Positions 8,664 through 19,590 of a stretch of DNA of 64,000 bases are shown here, piece after piece (position 1 is the stretch's first letter; each line of letters begins with the position of its first letter). The translations under genes and the position numbers were made by a program. The stretch comes from Mobula hypostoma (lineage: Eukaryota), in the NCBI RefSeq assembly GCF_963921235.1, contig NC_086107.1, positions 96,226,001 through 96,290,000 on the forward strand, in the 5' to 3' direction. The notes beneath the pieces are model-generated. The model ran no database searches. It was not told where the DNA came from and saw only the letters and a program-made list of their open reading frames with translations.

Positions 8664-9949
8664 CACATCCGGGCTGCAACCAGATCAGGTGCTGCAGGCA
8701 AGGCAGCAACTTCATGAGAGATGCCCCTTGGCATTCATTCCTGAAGCAAACTGCTCAACCGGCACACTCATTCTGATGCCTGCTCACTCGGCAGCTGCCT
8801 GCACCAAGCACAGAAGCAGAGTGAAGCGGAGCGGGCCGAAAGGCCTTTTCTGTCCCGCCACGCTCGCTCCACTTCTCAGGCTCAGGCTTCTCAGCTGCTC
8901 CTTGAAGCCAACGGAGGACGGGACGAACGAACGAACGAACGGACGGGCGAACGAACGAGGCGAACCAACGAATGATTTCACCAGCAGCCAGCCTGTCGGA
9001 CAGGCAGGCTCGTTTTAGTGTGCCAGCAGCCAGGGCTCGTGGACGGGAGGCATCCGATGGAGCCCGGCCACAGAGCAACGGGGCCCGGTGCTGCATCCTC
9101 CCCGCCTGCACCAGACTGCCAAGACTGCTGCTCTCCTGCCCAGACAGACAGACAGACAGACCAGCTACAAGCATCACCACCTAGCCATACCACCAGCAAA
9201 ACTCTGCCTACCTGCCCTGGCCTGGCCTGGCCTCCTCTGCTCTGCCCGACCCGACCCGACTCGACTCACAAATCTGCATTGTGATGCGTCTGCCTGCCCC
9301 TGCCCCAGCCCCAGCCCAAAGCCCCGCCCACCGTTTAAGGCAAGGCAGAGGCACAACCCCCCACTCCACCCACTCAGACCTCCCCAATATACATTGGCAG
9401 TGCAGTGCATCTCCAGCCTCGCTCAAAATCACGTCCCAAACCCCAAAATCACTCAAACCTCTCATGCTTACACGTACCTACTCGGCGTCCAGCTTTGGCG
9501 CACGTCTCCACAAGTGCCACATCCATCCACGTGCCCCTGCTTCACGCACAGCACAGCACTGTGCCTCCCTCCGGCAGGCATTTCGCCGATCCATTTCCTG
9601 TTTCACAACCAAGGCATAATCAGTACCCTTTTCCTTCCACAGCACAGCGCGCACACGCGCCCGCCCACTCCACCACCGAGCCATGCCGGCCAAAAACGCA
9701 CCTGCACAGCAGTGGGGCACAGGGCCGCCGTCAGCCCGCCACACATTTCCCTCCTTCCCTCCTATTTCTACATCCGTACACCCACCCCGCTGCAAAACCA
9801 GTCAGTCTGCTCAGGCGTCAGCACAGAGGCATAGTGAAGGGCCTCGGCCCTTCTCCCTTTACTGCCCTCTGTACATGTGACCAGAGCTTGGCAGATCCCT
9901 CAGCACTCCGTGTGCACGTGTGTCTGTGACTCTGTGTCTGTGTGAGATT

Positions 9950-9963
9950 GAGTGAGTGAGTGA

Positions 9964-10015
<52 letters not shown>

Positions 10016-10032
10016 CACACACACACACACAC
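9950..10032. repeat. (GAGT)n/(GA)n/(CA)n compound microsatellite
   Basis: Visible tandem repeats. Confidence 0.9.
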
Positions 10033-10477
10033 CCTAGCTGGCCGGCGCATCCAGCTGAACGGTCTCCTTCGGAGGCTCTGCCCTCTCCGGGAGGGAGCGA
10101 GCGGATGGGACTGCGCCGGGCGACAAAGGCAGAGGCCACGTGCGCCGCTCAAGACCGGTACGAGGGTTGTGGACGTGGCCAAAGTCCGCGGGCAGAAAAG
10201 CCTCCTGGCAAGTTTGGGAATAGGAGGTTGTCAGCTACAGGTGTGCCTGAGGAGAAACAATGGGTGTGCTCTCCAAGCCGAAGGCTGAAGTGCAGCCATT
10301 CACACCCTTGTGCCTTTATTTTGACGTGTGTGCAATTACAATTGTTGAGTGGCTTGAGTTTGTTTCATCTCCAGAAGCTGCAGACTTTGCGTCTGCACAG
10401 GCTATCATGGACACAGTGTCTGATGGAGCTTTTGTCGTTTTCCTTTTCTTTGCTACTTTGAAATTCCCCAGAAGGGG

Positions 10478-10625
10478 AGTGCACCGTTCCCAGAGGCACT
10501 GCAATACCAGGTTGATGCGTGGAGTGGACGGAGCAAGCCCCTATTCCATCTCCCTGTTCCAAAAATCAATTTAATATCTGGTCCCCAGATAAGGGATGTA
10601 TCAGATATATACTGATAAGAACAGA
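10478..10625 (-). ncRNA. RNU2: U2 snRNA gene, nt 39 to 3' end (3' half of the gene whose 5' half is at 50494-50545)
   Basis: Reverse complement of 8263-8411 with a few substitutions. Flanked by the poly(T) run 10626-10632, which is the element poly(A) on the - strand. Confidence 0.93.
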
Positions 10626-10782
10626 TTTTTTTGATTCTGCAGGGAGCGCTCATGAAGTCGCGTTCTTGACTCGCTCCATTACCTCTGAGTTTTTTTTCTC
10701 TATGGTCAGCTATACTTTAATTAACCATTAAGGCATCAACTCTTACAATACTTTGAATTAAACTGAATTCTCCGACAACTGG

Positions 10783-11682
10783 ATGGAACTTAGATCTGCT
10801 ATGTCTAAGAACGAGAAAGACGGCAAGGATGGTAAACCTCCGGTTAAACCGAAAGCTACGGATCTCCCTCCGACTGAATCACCGGTGACTTTGAAAGCGA
10901 TAGCGGAGTTAATTCAGAGGGAAATTTCAACCTCTGTTAGGGAGATGATTCGCGCGGAAATTGCAGGCCCTGTTAAAGACCTGATTCATACGGAAATCTC
11001 AACTAATTTCCAGAAAATTGCCGCTTTAATTGATAAGATGCAAACATGTATTGCGGAACATCAGTCGGCTATATCTGATCTTCAAAAATTCGTGCAACAA
11101 AGTGAGCTTAAGATGGGGAAAATCGAAGAAACAATTAATGTAATGAAGAAGAAACTTGACTTTTTGACTTTTAAAAACTCTGACTTGGAATCTAGAATGC
11201 GACGGCAGAATTTACGAATGATTGGCATGAGGGAAGCCGCTGAAGGTAACAACCCCATGAAATATTTCTCCCAACTTTTAAAAGATGCATTCCCTATTGT
11301 ATTTCCTGACCAACCACCGCTACTGGATCGTGTTCACAGAATCCCATCATACTCGTCTAGGTCAGATAGACCTAGGCATGTTATCTTACGTTTTCATTAC
11401 TTTCAAGACAAGGAGAGATTGTTTCGATTCGCTCGATCTAAAGGTTTCATTGATTTTTCGGATCTTAAGTTCCGATTCGTGGAAGATTTCAGTAAACCAA
11501 TCTGGGACCAACGGGTCCATTACAGATCCGTGATGTCGGAATTCTATAAGATGGATTTAAGACCAGCGCTGCTGTACCCTGCACGTCTAAGGATTCGCAT
11601 GGCAGATGGAGCCCTTCGTTTTTTTGATTCTCCATCGGATGCCCAGAGTTATCTGGATCAACTTTCATCTCCAACATCTTAA
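10783..11682 (+). CDS. L1-A ORF1 (coiled coil plus RRM/CTD, L1 ORF1p type)
   Basis: DLESRMRRQNLRMIG, DRVHR, RPRHVILRF, EDFS, LYPARLRI are typical L1 ORF1p motifs. Confidence 0.85.
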   Translation: MELRSAMSKNEKDGKDGKPPVKPKATDLPPTESPVTLKAIAELIQREISTSVREMIRAEIAGPVKDLIHTEISTNFQKIAALIDKMQTCIAEHQSAISDLQKFVQQSELKMGKIEETINVMKKKLDFLTFKNSDLESRMRRQNLRMIGMREAAEGNNPMKYFSQLLKDAFPIVFPDQPPLLDRVHRIPSYSSRSDRPRHVILRFHYFQDKERLFRFARSKGFIDFSDLKFRFVEDFSKPIWDQRVHYRSVMSEFYKMDLRPALLYPARLRIRMADGALRFFDSPSDAQSYLDQLSSPTS

Positions 11683-12648
11683 TTGCTTTCTTTTTAATTT
11701 TCTCCGTCGATCGGAGGCTGTGAATTGGTTGGTTTTAACTTTTCTGTGCCCTATTTGGGCAGAAAAGTTTACTTTCGATTTCTTAATATGGCTACTAAAC
11801 TTTCTTTTTAACTGCGTCATTTCTTTCTTTTCCCAGGGGATTCTGGGTGGTTACTTCCCTTTTGTCATCTTACGTATTTCCTGTGCGGCCTTAAATTTTG
11901 TAGTTTTTGTTTAAATTTTATTCTGTTTTGCTTTTTATAATCACTTTATGTTAATAATCCTATTTTTTTTTGTTGCTGTGTCTATTCATGAGTTTGAGGT
12001 TTATTGTGGTTTTTTTTTAATATATATTTTCCGGCTTTTGTTCTGTTCTGTGTGTATTCTAATTGAGTTAACTTTTTTTTACTTATTTTTTTACTGTTTT
12101 ACAATTAGCTGATCCTTTTCATATTTATACCTTTTTTTTAGGGAGCGTATACCGGAAGTCATGGGGGTAGTTTTAGCGCTTGCTTCTTTCTGGCGGGTCT
12201 GCTTTAGATTTTGCCTTGGGGTCTTGGGCTGGGGGGTGGCAGGAGGGGCTTCACGTTTTAGTTTGTTTTTCTTTGGGCTATATACATTATTGAAGTACTG
12301 GTTGCGTCCTTTTCCCCGGTATCTTTTGTATGTTCTGTTTCCTCTCCGGGTTTGTGGGTCGCGCCTATTGTCAATCCTCCTTGTCGTGGGTTGACTTTAG
12401 GATTTATGGAGTCTATTATTAATTTTGTCTCCTGGAATACTAATGGTCTTAATCATCCTATTAAAAGAAAAAAAGTTTTTAAAGTGTTCCGGAGACTTAA
12501 AGCACAAATTTTATTTTTACAAGAGACCCATGTACGGAGGGGGGACAGACTACGTTTTTTCAAATTCTGGAAGGGCCAACAATTTCATTCGAACTCCAAT
12601 GCTAAGATTCGAGGCGTCTCTATTTTTATAGATTCCTCAGTTACTTTT

Positions 12649-15600
12649 ATAGAAACATAGAAACATAGAAAATAGGTGCAGGAGTAGGCCATTCGGCCCT
12701 TCGAGCCTGCACCGCCATTTATTATGATCATGGCTGATCATCCAACTCAGAACCCAGCCTTCCCTCCATACCCCCTGACCCCTGTAGCCACAAGGGCCAT
12801 ATCTAACTTCCTTTTAAACATAGCTAATGAACTGGCCTCAACAGTTTGCTGTGGCAGAGAATTCCACAGATTCACCACTCTCTGTGTGAAGAAGTTTTTC
12901 CTAACCTCGGTCCTAAAAGGCTTCCCCTCTATCCTCAAACTGTGACCCCTCGTTCTAGACCTCCCCAACATCGGGAACAATCTTCCTGCATCTAGCCTGT
13001 CCAATCCCTTTAGGATCTTATACGTTTCAATCAGATCCCCCCTCAATCTTCTAAATTCCAACGAGTACAAGCCCAGTTCATCCAGTCTTTCTTCATATGA
13101 AAGACCTGCCATCCCAGGAATCAATCTGGTGAACCTTCTTTGTACTCCCTCTATGGCAAAGATGTCTTTCCTCAGATTAGGGGACCAAAACTGCACACAA
13201 TACTCCAGGTGTGGTCTCACCAAGGCCTTGTACAACTGCAGTAGTACCTCCCTGCTCCTGTACTCGAATCCTCTCGCTATAAATGCCAGCATACCGTTCG
13301 CCTTTTTCACCGCCTGCTGTACCTGCATGCCCACTTTCAATGACTGGTGTATAATGACACCCAGGTCTCGTTGCACCTCCCCTTTTCCTAATCGGCCACC
13401 ATTCAGATAATAATCTGTTTTCCTATTTTTGCCACCAAAGTGGATAACTTCACATTTATCCACATTAAATTGCATCTGCCATGAGTTTGCCCACTCACCC
13501 AACCTATCCAAGTCACCCTGCATCCTCTTAGCATCCTCCTCACTGCTAACACTGCCACCCAGCTTCGTGTCATCCGCAAACTTGGAGATGCTGCATTTAA
13601 TTCCCTCATCCAAGTCATTAATATATATTGTAAACAACTGGGGTCCCAGCACTGAGCCTTGCGGTACCCCACTAGTCACCGCCTGCCATTCTGAAAAGGT
13701 CCCGTTTATTCCCACTCTTTGCTTCCTGTCTGCTAACCAATTCTCCACCCACACCAATACCTTACCCCCAATACCGTGTGCTTTAAGTTTGCACACTAAT
13801 CTCCTATGTGGGACCTTGTCAAAAGCCTTTTGAAAATCCAAATATACCACATCCACTGGTTCTCCCCTATCCACTCTACTAGTTACATCCTCAAAAAATT
13901 CTATGAGATTCGTCAGACATGATTTTCCTTTCACAAATCCATGCTGACTTTGTCCGATCATTTCACCGCTTTCCAAATGTGCTGTTATCACATCCTTGAT
14001 AACTGACTCCAGCAGTTTCCCCACCACCGACGTTAGGCTAACCGGCCTATAATTCCACGGTTTCTCTCTCCCTCCTTTTTTAAAAAGTGGGGTTACATTA
14101 GCCACCCTCCAATCCTCAGGAACTAGTCCAGAATCTAACGAGTTTTGAAAAATTATCACTAATGCATCCACTATTTCTTGGGCCACTTCCTTAAGCACTC
14201 TGGGATGCAGACCATCTGGCCCTGGGGATTTATCTGCCTTCAATCCCTTCAATTTACCTAACACCACTTCCCTACTAACATGTATTTCGCTCAGTTCCTC
14301 CATCTCACTGGACCCTCTGTCCCTTACTATTTCTGGAAGATTATTTATGTCCTCCTTAGTGAAGACAGAACCAAAGTAATTATTCAATTGGTCTGCCATG
14401 TCCTTGCTCCCCATAATCAATTCACCTGTTTCTGTTTGCAGGGGACCTACATTTGTCTTTATCAGTCTTTTCCTTTTTACATATCTATAAAAGCTTTTAC
14501 AGTCCGTTTTTATGATCTCTGCCAGTTTTCTCTCATAATCTTTTTTCCCCTTCCTAATTAAGCCCTTTGTCCTCCTCTGCTGAACTCTGAATTTCTCCCA
14601 GTCCTCAGGTGAGCCACTTTCTCTGGCTAATTTGTATGCTACTTCTTTGGAATTGATACTATCCCTAATTTCTCTTGTCAGCCACGGGTGCACTACCTTC
14701 CTTGATTTATTCTTTTGCCAAACTGGGATGAACAATTGTTGTAGTTCATCCATGCAACCTTTAAATGCCTGCCATTGCATATCCACCGTCAATCCTTGAA
14801 GTGTCATTTGCCAGTCTATCTTAGCTAATTCATGTCTCATACCTTCAAAGTTACCCCTCTTTAAGTTCAGAACCTTTGTTTCTGAATTAACTACGTCACT
14901 CTCCATGTTAATGAAGAATTCCACCATATTATGGTCACTCTTACCCAAGGGGCCTCTCACGACAAGATCGCTAATTAACCCTTCCTCATTGCTCAAAACC
15001 CAGTCCAGAATAGCCTGCTCTCTAGTCGGTTCCTCGACATGTTGGTTCAAAAAACCATCCCGCATACATTCCAAGAAATCCTCTTCCTCAGCACCTTTAC
15101 CAATTTGGTTCACCCAGTCTACATGTAGATTGAAGTCACCCATTATAACTGCTGTTCCTTTATTGCACACATTTCTAATTTCCTGTTTAATACCATCTCC
15201 GACCTCACTACTACTGTTAGGTGGCCTGTACACAACTCCCACCAGCGTCTTCTGCCCCTTAGTGTTACGCAGCTCTACCCATATCGATTCCACATCTTCC
15301 CGGCTTATGTCCTTCCTTTCTATTGCGTTAATCTCTTTTTTAACCAGCAACGCCACCCCACCTCCCCTTCCTTCGTGTCTATCCCTCCTGAATATTGAAT
15401 ATCCCTGAACGTTGAGCTCCCATCCCTGGTCACCCTGGAGCCATGTCTCTGTGATCCCAACTATATCATAATCATTAATAACAATCTGCACTTTCAATTC
15501 ATCCACCTTATTACGAATGCTCCTTGCATTGACACATAAAGCCTTCAGGCACTCTTTTACAACTCTCTTAGCCCTTTTTAATGCTTGCCCTGGATTTGTC

Positions 15601-15692
15601 GACCTGCCACTTTTACTTTTCCCCTTTGTACTTTTTGCTTCTACGCTCACTTTACACCCCTCTGTCTCTCTGCACTGGTTCCCATCCCTCTG
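12649..15692 (-). mobile_element. CR1-clade LINE, 5'-truncated, inserted in the L1-A endonuclease
   Basis: (TTTCTATG)n 8-bp terminal repeat at 12649-12672 and a CR1-type ORF2. Confidence 0.9.
12747..15650 (-). CDS. CR1 ORF2 (APE endonuclease plus RT), uninterrupted
   Basis: NARSI, ITETW, YRPP, GDFN, SDH, DFQKAFDKV, GVPQGSVLGP, FADD, TRGH. The true start may lie slightly inside this ORF. Confidence 0.88.
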   Translation of the reverse strand: MSVEAKSTKGKSKSGRSTNPGQALKRAKRVVKECLKALCVNARSIRNKVDELKVQIVINDYDIVGITETWLQGDQGWELNVQGYSIFRRDRHEGRGGGVALLVKKEINAIERKDISREDVESIWVELRNTKGQKTLVGVVYRPPNSSSEVGDGIKQEIRNVCNKGTAVIMGDFNLHVDWVNQIGKGAEEEDFLECMRDGFLNQHVEEPTREQAILDWVLSNEEGLISDLVVRGPLGKSDHNMVEFFINMESDVVNSETKVLNLKRGNFEGMRHELAKIDWQMTLQGLTVDMQWQAFKGCMDELQQLFIPVWQKNKSRKVVHPWLTREIRDSINSKEVAYKLARESGSPEDWEKFRVQQRRTKGLIRKGKKDYERKLAEIIKTDCKSFYRYVKRKRLIKTNVGPLQTETGELIMGSKDMADQLNNYFGSVFTKEDINNLPEIVRDRGSSEMEELSEIHVSREVVLGKLKGLKADKSPGPDGLHPRVLKEVAQEIVDALVIIFQNSLDSGLVPEDWRVANVTPLFKKGGREKPWNYRPVSLTSVVGKLLESVIKDVITAHLESGEMIGQSQHGFVKGKSCLTNLIEFFEDVTSRVDRGEPVDVVYLDFQKAFDKVPHRRLVCKLKAHGIGGKVLVWVENWLADRKQRVGINGTFSEWQAVTSGVPQGSVLGPQLFTIYINDLDEGIKCSISKFADDTKLGGSVSSEEDAKRMQGDLDRLGEWANSWQMQFNVDKCEVIHFGGKNRKTDYYLNGGRLGKGEVQRDLGVIIHQSLKVGMQVQQAVKKANGMLAFIARGFEYRSREVLLQLYKALVRPHLEYCVQFWSPNLRKDIFAIEGVQRRFTRLIPGMAGLSYEERLDELGLYSLEFRRLRGDLIETYKILKGLDRLDAGRLFPMLGRSRTRGHSLRIEGKPFRTEVRKNFFTQRVVNLWNSLPQQTVEASSLAMFKRKLDMALVATGVRGYGGKAGF

Positions 15693-18600
15693 GATATTAT
15701 CAGGATATTATCTCTGATCCGAATGGTAGATTTTTATTGGTTAGTGGTTTACTATTTAATAAAAAAGTAGTTTTGGTTAATGTTTATGCTCCTAATATGG
15801 ATTGTCCGGAATTTTATAAATCATTGTTTGATCAGTTTCCGAATTTGAACGAGTTTTCATTGATTTGGGGCGGAGATCTTAATACCTGTTTATCTCCAGC
15901 TTTGGACCGTTCGGCTCCTTTACGGACTTTACCTAATAAATCTGCAAATTTGATTAATTTTTTCCTTTCTGATTCTGGGTCGACGGATATTTGGCGTTTT
16001 CTGCATCCTCAGGAAAAAGATTTTTCCTTTTTTTCACATGTTCATCATTCCTATTCAAGAATTGATTATTTTTTTATTGATTCTCGTCTCATTCCTTCAG
16101 TGATTAAATGTGATTATGATTCTATAACCATTTCGGATCATGCTCCACTTAAGCTTTCTATTAAAATTATGGCCAATATACCAAACAATAGACAATGGCG
16201 TTTTAATTCGCTGTTGCTTCAGGACTCGGACTTTGTTAATTTTATGAATGAACAGATTGAGCTCTTTTTTATAATTAACCATACAGAAGATATTTCGGTT
16301 AACACTCTTTGGGACACTTTTAAAGCCTATATTCGGGGTCAGATTATTTCGTATTCCGTTGCTTTGAGGAAGAAACAGAAGCAGGAGGAGATGGCAATTG
16401 TGGACAAGATTAAAGAAATTGATAAGAAATATGTTATGGCTCCTTCTGAGGAGCTATATAAACAAAGAACTGAACTTCAAATGGAACACAGTTTACTACT
16501 CTCGTCCTCGATTGTAAACCAATTAAAGAAAACAAGAAGTGATTTTTATGTTCACAGTGATAAAATTGGCAAGCTGCTGGCTAATCAATTGAAATCTAAT
16601 TATGTTAAATCTCAAATCAATCAGATTTATAACCAAAATGATCGATTGATATTGGATCATGTGGGGATTAATCAAACCTTTTGTGATTTTTATTCTTCTT
16701 TATATCAATCAGAGTCTCCTCGAGATTCTAAATATATGAATGATTTTTTAGATAAGTTAGACTTTCCTCAGATTTCACAGGATATGTCTTCTTTATTAGA
16801 TACTTCCATTACAATGGATGAGATTAAGAATGTTATTTTTTCTGTGAATCTGGGGAAAGCTCCTGGCCCTGATGGGTTTACCGTTGAATTTTATAAATGT
16901 TTTGCTTCTTTATTGATTCCTTGGCTCTATAAGGTTTTTGAGGCTTCTTTGAAACTGGGTAAACTTCCGGAATCTTTTAATAGAGCATCAATTTCTTTAA
17001 TACTAAAGAAGGATAAAGACCCTGCTCAATGTGCATCTTATAGACCAATATCTTTATTAAATGTTGATTCTAAAGTTTTTTCTAAGTTATTAGCAAATAG
17101 ACTAGAAAAAGTACTTCCTTCTATTATTTCGGAAGACCAAACGGGTTTTATTAAAGGTCGTTACTCTTTTTATAATATTCGTACATTGTTAAATATCGTT
17201 TATACTCCCTCACAAAATGTTCCTGAGTGTGTTATTTCTTTAGATGCCGAGAAAGCTTTTGATAGAGTAGAATGGCCTTATTTATTTAAGGTGCTTGAAA
17301 TGTTTAATTTTAGCCTGAAATTTATATCCTGGATTAAACTGTTATATCACTCCCCTGTAGCCTCGGTTCGTACTAACTCTTTAAACTCACCTTTTTTTCC
17401 TCTCTTTCGTGGTACTCGACAAGGCTGTCCTCTTAGTCCCCTATTATTTGATATTGCATTAGAACCTCTTGCAATTGCTATTCGAGAATCTTCAAATATT
17501 ACTGGGATAACTCGGGGATTAAAGTCCCATAAATTATCACTCTATGCTGATGATTTACTTTTATATATTTCTAATCCTGAGAGATCTATTCCTGCTGTTT
17601 TAGAGTTATTAGCACAACTTGGTCTTTTCTCAGGTTATAAATTAAATCTTAGTAAGAGTGAACTTTTTCCGATTAATAAACATCTTCCCTTATATTATAA
17701 ATTTCCATTTAAATTGATTAATAATTACCTTTCATATCTTGGGATTAAAATTACTTGTAAACATAAAGATTTATTTAAGACTAACTTTTTACCATTAATA
17801 GACCATATTACTCAACTTTCATCTAAATGGTTTCCTTTATATTTAACTTTGATTGGTCGTATTAATGCAGTTAAGATGTTTTTTTTGCCAAAATTTTTAT
17901 ATGTGTTTCAGGCATTACCAATTTTCGTTCCTAAATCTTTTTTTGATAAAGTCGACTCTAAAATTTCTTCATTTATTTGGCAGAATAAGAATCCGAGACT
18001 GGGTAAAATACATTTACAGAAAGCTAAGAGAGATGGAGGTTTAGCATTACCTAACTTTAGATTTTATTATTGGGCTATTAATATTCGACATATGAAATTT
18101 TGGTTACTTGACCGGGATATACTATCTATTCCTAAATGGGTAGCATTGGAATTACAATCTGTTCAGGGTTATACACTTGGTTCTATTTTAGGTTCATCTC
18201 TTCCTTTTGATTCGAAACGCCTTAAGCAGGTCTCTAACCTGATCGTTAAATATGCTTTGCGTATTTGGTTTCAATTCAGAAAATTTTTTGATCTTAATCA
18301 ATTCGGGTTAGCGATTCCTATTTTAGGTAACATATTTTTTCCTCCCTCTTTTACGGATCGCGCTTTTCAAACTTGGAAGACTAAGGGTATTTTACGGTTT
18401 TTGGATTTATTTTTAGATGGTTCCCTTATGTCTTTTGAACAATTATCTAATAAATATAACCTATCAAGAATACATTTTTTTAGATATTTACAAGTTAGAA
18501 ATTTTCTAAGTACTATACTTCCTTCCTTTCCAATGCTTCCTCCTATATATATTTTAGATTCGATAATTAACCTTAATCCATGTCAGAAAGGTGCATCGGC

Positions 18601-19590
18601 TATGATTTATAATATTATTATGAAACTCAGGAAAGCTCCATTTGATAAGATTAGGGTAGATTGGGAACAGGAATTGGGGCTTACCATTTCTGTGGATGAT
18701 TGGGGGCAGATTTTACAATTAGTTAATACTTCCTCTATTTGTGCTAAACATTCCCTAATTCAATTTAAAGTGGTGCATAGAGCACATATGTCCAAAGATA
18801 AGTTAGCGCGTTTTTACTCGCATATTAATCCTTTCTGTGATAGATGTTCGGGGCAGATAGCCTCTTTAACTCATATGTTTTAGTCTTGCCCTACTTTGGA
18901 AACTTTTTGGAGAGATATTTTCAATATTATTTCTAAGGTATTAAATATAGATATCTCTCCTCACCCTATTACTGCTATCTTTGGACTACCTAAAATTTCT
19001 AGTAATCTTTCCCCTTCAGCCCGTAGAATGATTGCATTTCTTACTTTAATGGCGAAAAGATGTATTTTACAACATTGGAAAGAGCTTAATGCTCCAACTA
19101 CCTTTTTTTGGTTTTCTCAGACGATTTTATGTTTGAATCTGGAGAAAATTAGAAGTAACCTTTATGATTCTTCATTTAAATTTGAACAGATTTGGGGACC
19201 TTTTATTTGATATTTTCATTTAATGTAATATTTACCCTTCTTGTTTTTTTTTTCACTGTTTTAATGGAGGTCGGGATTGAGGACGTGATTTTAAGTTTAA
19301 CTCTGTTTGGTTTCAAGTTAGCCCATTGCTTTGCTTTGCTTTTAGTTAGTTGCACGGTGGGTTTTTTTTTTGGGGTTTTTTTTTCTTTTTTTCCATTGAT
19401 ATATATAAAATTTAGTATACTATTATGTTATCTTGGTTTCTTATGCTTAAATTACATTGTTTGTAGTATTTTCTTTTTGGTATTGTTATCTTTTGGAATT
19501 TTATTATACTTTAACATTGTATTAATGTTTATATGGCTTACCTTTTTTGTATACTTACTCAATAAAAAGATTTAAAAAGAAAGGAAAGAA

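Larger units (their letters stand above)
12406..19228 (+). pseudogene. L1-A ORF2 (EN-RT), split by the CR1 insertion and with late nonsense codons
   Basis: MESIINFVSWN... runs to 12650, resumes ~15698 (QDIISDPNGRF), and has stops at 18881 and 19208 before the HLM* end. Confidence 0.85.

Noticed and set aside
8827..8870. GGCC-GAAA-GGCC GNRA hairpin, and small hairpins at 10064-10095, as a structured RNA
   Set aside because: Short stems are expected by chance in GC-rich spacer DNA, and I found no ribozyme core or known ncRNA motif.
9184..9194. GCCATACCACC resembling the 5S rRNA 5' end
   Set aside because: Only 11 nt match, with no downstream 5S sequence or internal control region.
8327..10731. 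Many short ORFs between and over the U2 genes
   Set aside because: They translate U2 RNA sequence and microsatellites and have no protein motifs.
15581..18883. 1100-aa ORF as an intact L1 ORF2
   Set aside because: Its first ~38 codons are antisense CR1 sequence. The real EN N-terminus is at 12406-12650, and the ORF ends at a premature stop.
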